A DNA stretch of 32,000 nt from positions 30,001 to 62,000 of the forward strand of contig JBHLRO010000011.1 of assembly GCA_048882505.1 (NCBI GenBank). Direction: 5' to 3'. Below are positions 27,619 to 32,000 of this stretch, piece after piece; positions within the stretch are counted from its first letter, which is position 1, and each line of letters begins with the position of its first letter. Under the pieces are notes generated by a model, which saw only the letters and a program-made list of their open reading frames with translations, had not been told where the DNA came from and searched no databases. The translations under genes were made by a program, and so were the position numbers. This stretch comes from Candidatus Thorarchaeota archaeon. GTDB lineage: Archaea; Asgardarchaeota; Heimdallarchaeia; Hodarchaeales; Hodarchaeaceae.

Positions 27619-27775
27619 ATTTCTTTCGACTCTAAAATAAAATTTCAAAGAAGGGTTTTAAATTCTCTAGTATGAATTTCCTAAACGCTGTAAATAAGAA
27701 TACAAAGAAGATGGCTCCTAAACTCCTTTTAGAAATCACTTCAAAGATATCGTACATCAAAAAAGGAAAAATTGA

Positions 27776-28000
27776 ACTGAATTTACGGTCAGAAATCTCT
27801 ACAAAGAGCTGGTACTGAAGCTAAACATTGAGATTACAATTTAAATTGGATTTGATCAAACTTGAATGAAAATCAAGTCGTTTAATGAGTTTACTTCCCG
27901 ATCAAGTGATCGGGCGTTTCTTTTTCTTATTTATTGACAGAAAACTGCCGTAATTCCTTTCTAGTATAGAGCTGCTTTTTGGAACAAACGTTTTCATAGG
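27776..28000 (+). repeat. tfb-3' repeat unit, copy 4
   Basis: TEFTVRNLYKELVLKLNIEITI* (27776-27844); IR1 27859-27879; IR2 27897-27914; minus-strand VAYENVCSKKQLYTRKELRQF. Confidence 0.9.
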
Positions 28001-28055
28001 CGACTTTTTAGGCGCTATCGAACTCATCCATAGTTTGTTGCCATCCTAGATTGAT

Positions 28056-28592
28056 CTAATTCATTATCCTAAGATTGATTTCTTGGAGGAATGAATCAAG
28101 AAATTGCTGCAGCTCAGGTCTAGGCTCAGGTTGCGTAATATCAATTCCTAATGGTTGAAATCGATGTGTTTGGACGGAAGTCTCTACTATGAGGTATACA
28201 AAGTACTCAGATCTTTTTCCTTGGATTTCCCATCGAATATCAGTGATTTCAGGCCTATAAATAGTTTTAATACGTTTTATATTCCAAAACCACCATCCAA
28301 TCTGAATTTTATCGTTTTCTGCTACTATCCCAAATCGAGAGAGAAAAAAGCTTGTCATCAAGGTAGCAAGCAAACATCCAAATGCACTGAAGAAGAGACC
28401 AAAGGTTATTGTAAAATTGCTCAGAAGAAAGCCAATCAGCTCTGATACAAAAAAGACGAAAAAGGCAATAACGACAATATAAGGACCTTTTCTTGGTATG
28501 ACGCTTTTGTGAATAGGGGAGATAATAGAGATTTTAGTTTGATTTCCAAATTTAATTGTTTCAAAAGAAAATGTCCGATCCAAGTCAATCAT
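28056..28592 (-). CDS. Hypothetical membrane protein (2 TM + possible PH-like domain)
   Basis: 178-aa ORF with two hydrophobic helices and a beta-rich C-terminus. Confidence 0.65.
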   Translation of the reverse strand: MIDLDRTFSFETIKFGNQTKISIISPIHKSVIPRKGPYIVVIAFFVFFVSELIGFLLSNFTITFGLFFSAFGCLLATLMTSFFLSRFGIVAENDKIQIGWWFWNIKRIKTIYRPEITDIRWEIQGKRSEYFVYLIVETSVQTHRFQPLGIDITQPEPRPELQQFLDSFLQEINLRIMN

Positions 28593-28596
28593 CCTT

Positions 28597-29529
28597 TTAC
28601 ATTGGGTTGTAAGAGCTGTCGGGATAGGGTGTCAAGAGGATTTGTGAATCGTTCCCCGTATTCCCATCAATCTTTTCATTTCCCAAGTAAATGGAAGTTG
28701 TCCCTAGAGTCTTCCACTCCCCTAATCCGCCAGAATGGACAAGCCAGGTGACTTCATCAAGGAGAACAAATCTTTTCAGGCTTTTTATCGCAAACTGATT
28801 ATGGTAAACCGTCTTAATACCCTCAAAGGAAGTATATACTGGTGAATTCACATAATCTATGAAAACCATATTGTATCCCCAAATATCCTTACCTGAAGAC
28901 GCGCCTAGCCATATTTCACCTAAATCTAAAAATTCAGCTGTTTCCAGAGCACCAGATGACAGGATCAATTCTTTTGAGACATCTACGGAATCATGCCCTC
29001 CATCTACCCGAAAAAAGAACATGGGTTCATTAGGGGATTCCCAGGCATATTCGCTATGAGAGGCATTCCACCCCTGTTCATCTTCCAAGAGAATTGAATA
29101 CTCATAAAGCGCAATTACGTAAAAATGATGGGCAATTGCAATGGCTTGATAAGCTGATTTGGGGTCAAAGTAACTGTACACCACGAGACGCGCCTCATTC
29201 AATCTGCCTTGAGTATCTGGGCAGAAATGGAACTCAGGACGACAATATAATCTCATCGCCATGTCCCCATCCATTGTCTCAATACCTTCGTACAAATAGG
29301 ATTTGCTTCGATTAAAGCTTAGGTATGGGAATGATGATCCTCCATAAAGCCTCAATCCATCTGAAGGAGCACTCGGTTGCAGGTTTGTTAGACTTACAAT
29401 AACTGAGGCCACCAGAATAAATCCTAATAGTAAAACAAGTGGCACCTTATCTTCTCTAACAATTCTTCGAATCTCATCATACATTGCCGAAGCCCCTCTC
29501 GATTTACGGAACCTGTATCCTCCAGGCAC
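28597..29529 (-). CDS. Hypothetical membrane-anchored/secreted protein
   Basis: 310-aa ORF with an N-terminal TM segment; 4 nt from the next gene; the start may be the later ATG (MYDEIRR). Confidence 0.65.
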   Translation of the reverse strand: MPGGYRFRKSRGASAMYDEIRRIVREDKVPLVLLLGFILVASVIVSLTNLQPSAPSDGLRLYGGSSFPYLSFNRSKSYLYEGIETMDGDMAMRLYCRPEFHFCPDTQGRLNEARLVVYSYFDPKSAYQAIAIAHHFYVIALYEYSILLEDEQGWNASHSEYAWESPNEPMFFFRVDGGHDSVDVSKELILSSGALETAEFLDLGEIWLGASSGKDIWGYNMVFIDYVNSPVYTSFEGIKTVYHNQFAIKSLKRFVLLDEVTWLVHSGGLGEWKTLGTTSIYLGNEKIDGNTGNDSQILLTPYPDSSYNPM

Positions 29530-29630
29530 AGTTTGTAATAGTGATGAGGAGAAGTGATATCAGATCACAATTAAAACGTTTCCCACCTTTATTATTCGTA
29601 CTCAGTCTCCCCAGTTGTTTCCTTAAAGGC

Positions 29631-29800
29631 CAAGCTACGGCCAGAAACCGATATAGAGAGTTAGTACGGAACCTGAATATCGAGATTACCATTTAAAACA
29701 ACTTTCATGGGACTAGGAGTAAATTCTAGTTATTCTAAGAGTCTATTGCCTGATCGAAATCTCAGGCTTTCTTTTTTCTATCCTCTCGTGAAATCTTCAG
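29631..29800 (+). repeat. tfb-3' repeat unit, copy 5
   Basis: QATARNRYRELVRNLNIEITI* (29631-29696); IR1 29711-29731; IR2 29748-29767. Confidence 0.9.
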
Positions 29801-30093
29801 GATTTTTTTAGTTCGAGGAAAATCATAGTGATTAAGCCTTGCCACCAGTTACTTCCGAATTTGGTGGCATATTGTTTATTGGAAAGCCATAGACGTTCCA
29901 TATACCCGTCAAAGACATCCGAGACGGTCATTACGATAATAATGACGAAAAACAAGCCTGGAACAGTAGTCACAAATTGATGTAAGGGACTATGTTCGGC
30001 CAAATGTGACCACAAAAGGACTAATCCAATATAGAAATGTCTTCTTTTTAGGGAATAATTCCGTTCTAGGGAAAGCAACGTTGGCGGATTCAT
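29797..30093 (-). CDS. Small hypothetical membrane protein
   Basis: 98 aa with 2-3 hydrophobic segments; ends against repeat 5. Confidence 0.45.
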   Translation of the reverse strand: MNPPTLLSLERNYSLKRRHFYIGLVLLWSHLAEHSPLHQFVTTVPGLFFVIIIVMTVSDVFDGYMERLWLSNKQYATKFGSNWWQGLITMIFLELKKS

Positions 30094-30263
30094 TTTTGGA
30101 AAACCTCCGACTCATTTTGATAGCTGTTTTAGGTATCATAATTCGCGATACAATATTTTTTTGTTTTATGAACTCTAATCTATAGTATATCCTACCAGAA
30201 GCTCACTGTTAGATTCAGCAGGTTACTGGGGGCCAATTCCAGGTATTCTATTCAGCCTTTGAG

Positions 30264-30473
30264 TTAGGATCTTGTTCCTCTTATCAGGAGCACTCCAACG
30301 ATTAAAAAGCCAACCCCCCAAACTGACCAGGGGATCATCGCTGTTGGATCGAAAGGTAACTTAAGCATCAATCCTCTCGTTGTAAATAAGAATAGGAATA
30401 AAGCAATGCTAATTAGTCCCCATCCCAGAATCATGGTATAGGTGAGCTGAAATTCCTCCTTTGGTTCTTTCAC
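30264..30473 (-). CDS. Small two-TM hypothetical protein
   Basis: 69 aa with two clear TM helices. Confidence 0.55.
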   Translation of the reverse strand: MKEPKEEFQLTYTMILGWGLISIALFLFLFTTRGLMLKLPFDPTAMIPWSVWGVGFLIVGVLLIRGTRS

Positions 30474-30573
30474 CGCAATCCCTGCAATCCTTGATCTTAG
30501 GTATAGGGAATTAGACCTTTAAAAATTCATGCATTTTTTCATCTGTTGTTTCTTTTTGGAATCTGATTCAATT

Positions 30574-30685
30574 CTTAAATATCAAGGTTCGGGTTGTGTG
30601 CGTTCCAACAAGAGTTCCTACAGTTATCTGAGAAGCCTATTGCCTGATTGAAGAAAAAGCACTCTCTTTTATCTTCCTCAGATCT
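30574..30685 (+). repeat. Possible highly degraded repeat copy 6
   Basis: TTAAATATCAAGGTT (LNIKV vs LNIEI); GAAGCCTATTGCCTGAT matches the IR2 left flank; minus-strand DLRK; IR1 and the right arm of IR2 are lost. Confidence 0.5.
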
Positions 30686-30912
30686 GGGTAGTGGGGGGGA
30701 GTGAAGGTTGGGAGACGATTCGTTTTTGGCCAAAGATTTTTAAATCAGATTTAGCTACCATGGGACTAAATCTTTTCACCGTGAGAAGGAGGATTGTTGA
30801 GTGTGGCGGATCTAAAGACAGAAATCCATGATAACCTCCTGTACAATCTTGGTATTCCCTTATTGAGCCTGATTGCTGTTTTGAAATCGGTCTTCGGAGG
30901 GGATGCGTAAAA

Positions 30913-32000
30913 ATGAAAAGGAAAGCGTTCTTTCTATTACTAGGACTGAACATTCTTTTTCTTTTACTTCCTATAAGTCTAATGAATATCTCAGATACTA
31001 ATCCTGAATCTGTTTTGGCTGCGCCTACAGCGCCTACTATCGATTCCCTAGTTATTATCCACACCCAATCGACCGATTTTGTGGGCTACGTGATTGGGGC
31101 CTTTCGAAACTGGTATAATGCTAAGTACGGGATTTCCATCATAGTCGATAACATTGAAATGACCTCTTCTGCTGCCTCAGCTCAGGTTTCGACCTGGGGT
31201 GGTGCTCCACTTGCCGACGTTTGGTGGGGGGGAGGAGAGTTTGAGTTTGAGATACGTCGGAACGAAGGAGGTCTTTTAGAACCTTACCGCGTTTTGGAAG
31301 ATGTGAATATCGCTTCATATTTATCCGGATGGCATTTGAAAGATGATTCGGGTGACTTTAGCGATCCTGTCTGGTATGGCGCGGCCCTTTCAGGATTTGG
31401 AATCATGTATAATACCGAATACCTGGCTGCCAACGGATTGGAGATTCCGAGAACGTGGGGCGATTTAACTAACCACTCGTACAAAGGACACATTACGATG
31501 GCTAGTCCACAGTTTAGTGGCTTAACTACCGCGACAGTGAAAATGCTACTTCAAGAGTTTAACACTCAAGCAGATAGTGGTAAGCTGGATTATAGCGGAA
31601 ATGCATCAGAAGGGTGGAGTTTCTGGGCGAAAATAGCAGGAAACATGGGAGAATTTGCATCATCTAGCTCCAAGGTTCCCCGAAACGTGTTTGAAGGAAC
31701 TTATGGGATTGGCATTACGATTGATTATTTCGCCTGGGATTATATCGCGTTGAGCTCAGCGATCGGATTCACATATGGTGGGGTATCCACCTTCAGCCCA
31801 GACCCTGCGGCTGTGCTTACTGGTGCACCAAACATGGTTCAAGGGAAACGGTTCATGGATTATCTTACGAGTACCGAAGGACAGGTCAAGCTAGGTAAAT
31901 ATCGAATTCCTGTCAATAGAGAAGCGGTCCCTGAAAGTACTCGGATCCCGCGAGCGTGGGATGCCACAGGAAACATTAATCCGATGTTTCCATTGCTTGA
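30913..32000 (+). CDS. ABC transporter substrate-binding protein (Fe3+/thiamine AfuA-like), 3'-truncated; absent from the ORF track
   Basis: MKRKAFFLLLGL signal; ADVWWGGG; GFGIMYN; IPRTWGDL..HSYKGHITMASPQFSG; GITIDYF; PDPAAVLTGAPN; frame stays open to the window end. Confidence 0.9.
   Translation, partial: MKRKAFFLLLGLNILFLLLPISLMNISDTNPESVLAAPTAPTIDSLVIIHTQSTDFVGYVIGAFRNWYNAKYGISIIVDNIEMTSSAASAQVSTWGGAPLADVWWGGGEFEFEIRRNEGGLLEPYRVLEDVNIASYLSGWHLKDDSGDFSDPVWYGAALSGFGIMYNTEYLAANGLEIPRTWGDLTNHSYKGHITMASPQFSGLTTATVKMLLQEFNTQADSGKLDYSGNASEGWSFWAKIAGNMGEFASSSSKVPRNVFEGTYGIGITIDYFAWDYIALSSAIGFTYGGVSTFSPDPAAVLTGAPNMVQGKRFMDYLTSTEGQVKLGKYRIPVNREAVPESTRIPRAWDATGNINPMFPLL

Noticed and set aside
27731-27760. 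RNHFKDIV as an extra degenerate tfb-tail copy just upstream of copy 4
   Set aside because: The similarity to RNRYKELV is short and lacks the downstream inverted repeats; it could be chance.
29484-29696. 70-aa ORF ending in RNRYRELVRNLNIEITI as a mini-TFB paralog
   Set aside because: Its N-terminal part is unrelated to TFB and overlaps the start of the minus-strand gene; it is a chance open frame running into repeat copy 5.
30545-30572. TTTTTGGAATC segment resembling the HTH-remnant tail
   Set aside because: The match is too short and AT-rich, and it lies on the wrong side of copy 6.
19977-30685. CRISPR array or classical integron attC array
   Set aside because: The units are ~200 bp, spaced 1-3.5 kb apart and protein-derived. 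There are no cas or intI genes, and I see no RYYYAAC/GTTRRRY attC core.
20046-30900. Intact integrase or transposase for the array
   Set aside because: No ORF with tyrosine (R-H-R-Y), serine or DDE recombinase motifs is present in the window; only HTH remnants.

Overview
Asgard archaeal window, most likely Heimdallarchaeia (inferred from gene content). The left 20 kb is conserved core. It holds a small GTPase (partial), a KaiC/RAD55-like ATPase and a BNR-repeat surface protein. Next comes a ubiquitin-ESCRT cluster: ubiquitin ending in GG, an E1 with a C-terminal ubiquitin-fold domain, YIP1, a longin-Rab fusion, UEV-Vps23, Vps28, an uncharacterised Zn-finger/PH/helical-hairpin protein, Vps22, two ESCRT-III classes, Vps4 and Vps25. 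These are followed by rps2, rpoN, an intron-containing tRNA-Gln(CTG), a RimK-like ligase, RadA, PAC2 and tfb. From the 3' end of tfb to about 30.7 kb lies an accessory region built from 5-6 modules. Each module starts with a diverged ~200-bp direct repeat made of the last ~22 codons of tfb (mostly synonymous differences), two covarying inverted repeats at invariant spacing, and the eroded 3' end of a convergent TnpC/DUF6262-like HTH gene. Cargo between repeats includes membrane proteins, an HNH nuclease pseudogene missed by the ORF track, a cupredoxin-thioredoxin fusion and CopA. This looks like a tandem array of site-specific integrative elements or cassettes targeting tfb; no integrase is present in the window. 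The window ends inside an ABC Fe3+/thiamine-type substrate-binding protein gene. All family assignments come from motif recognition, not database searches.
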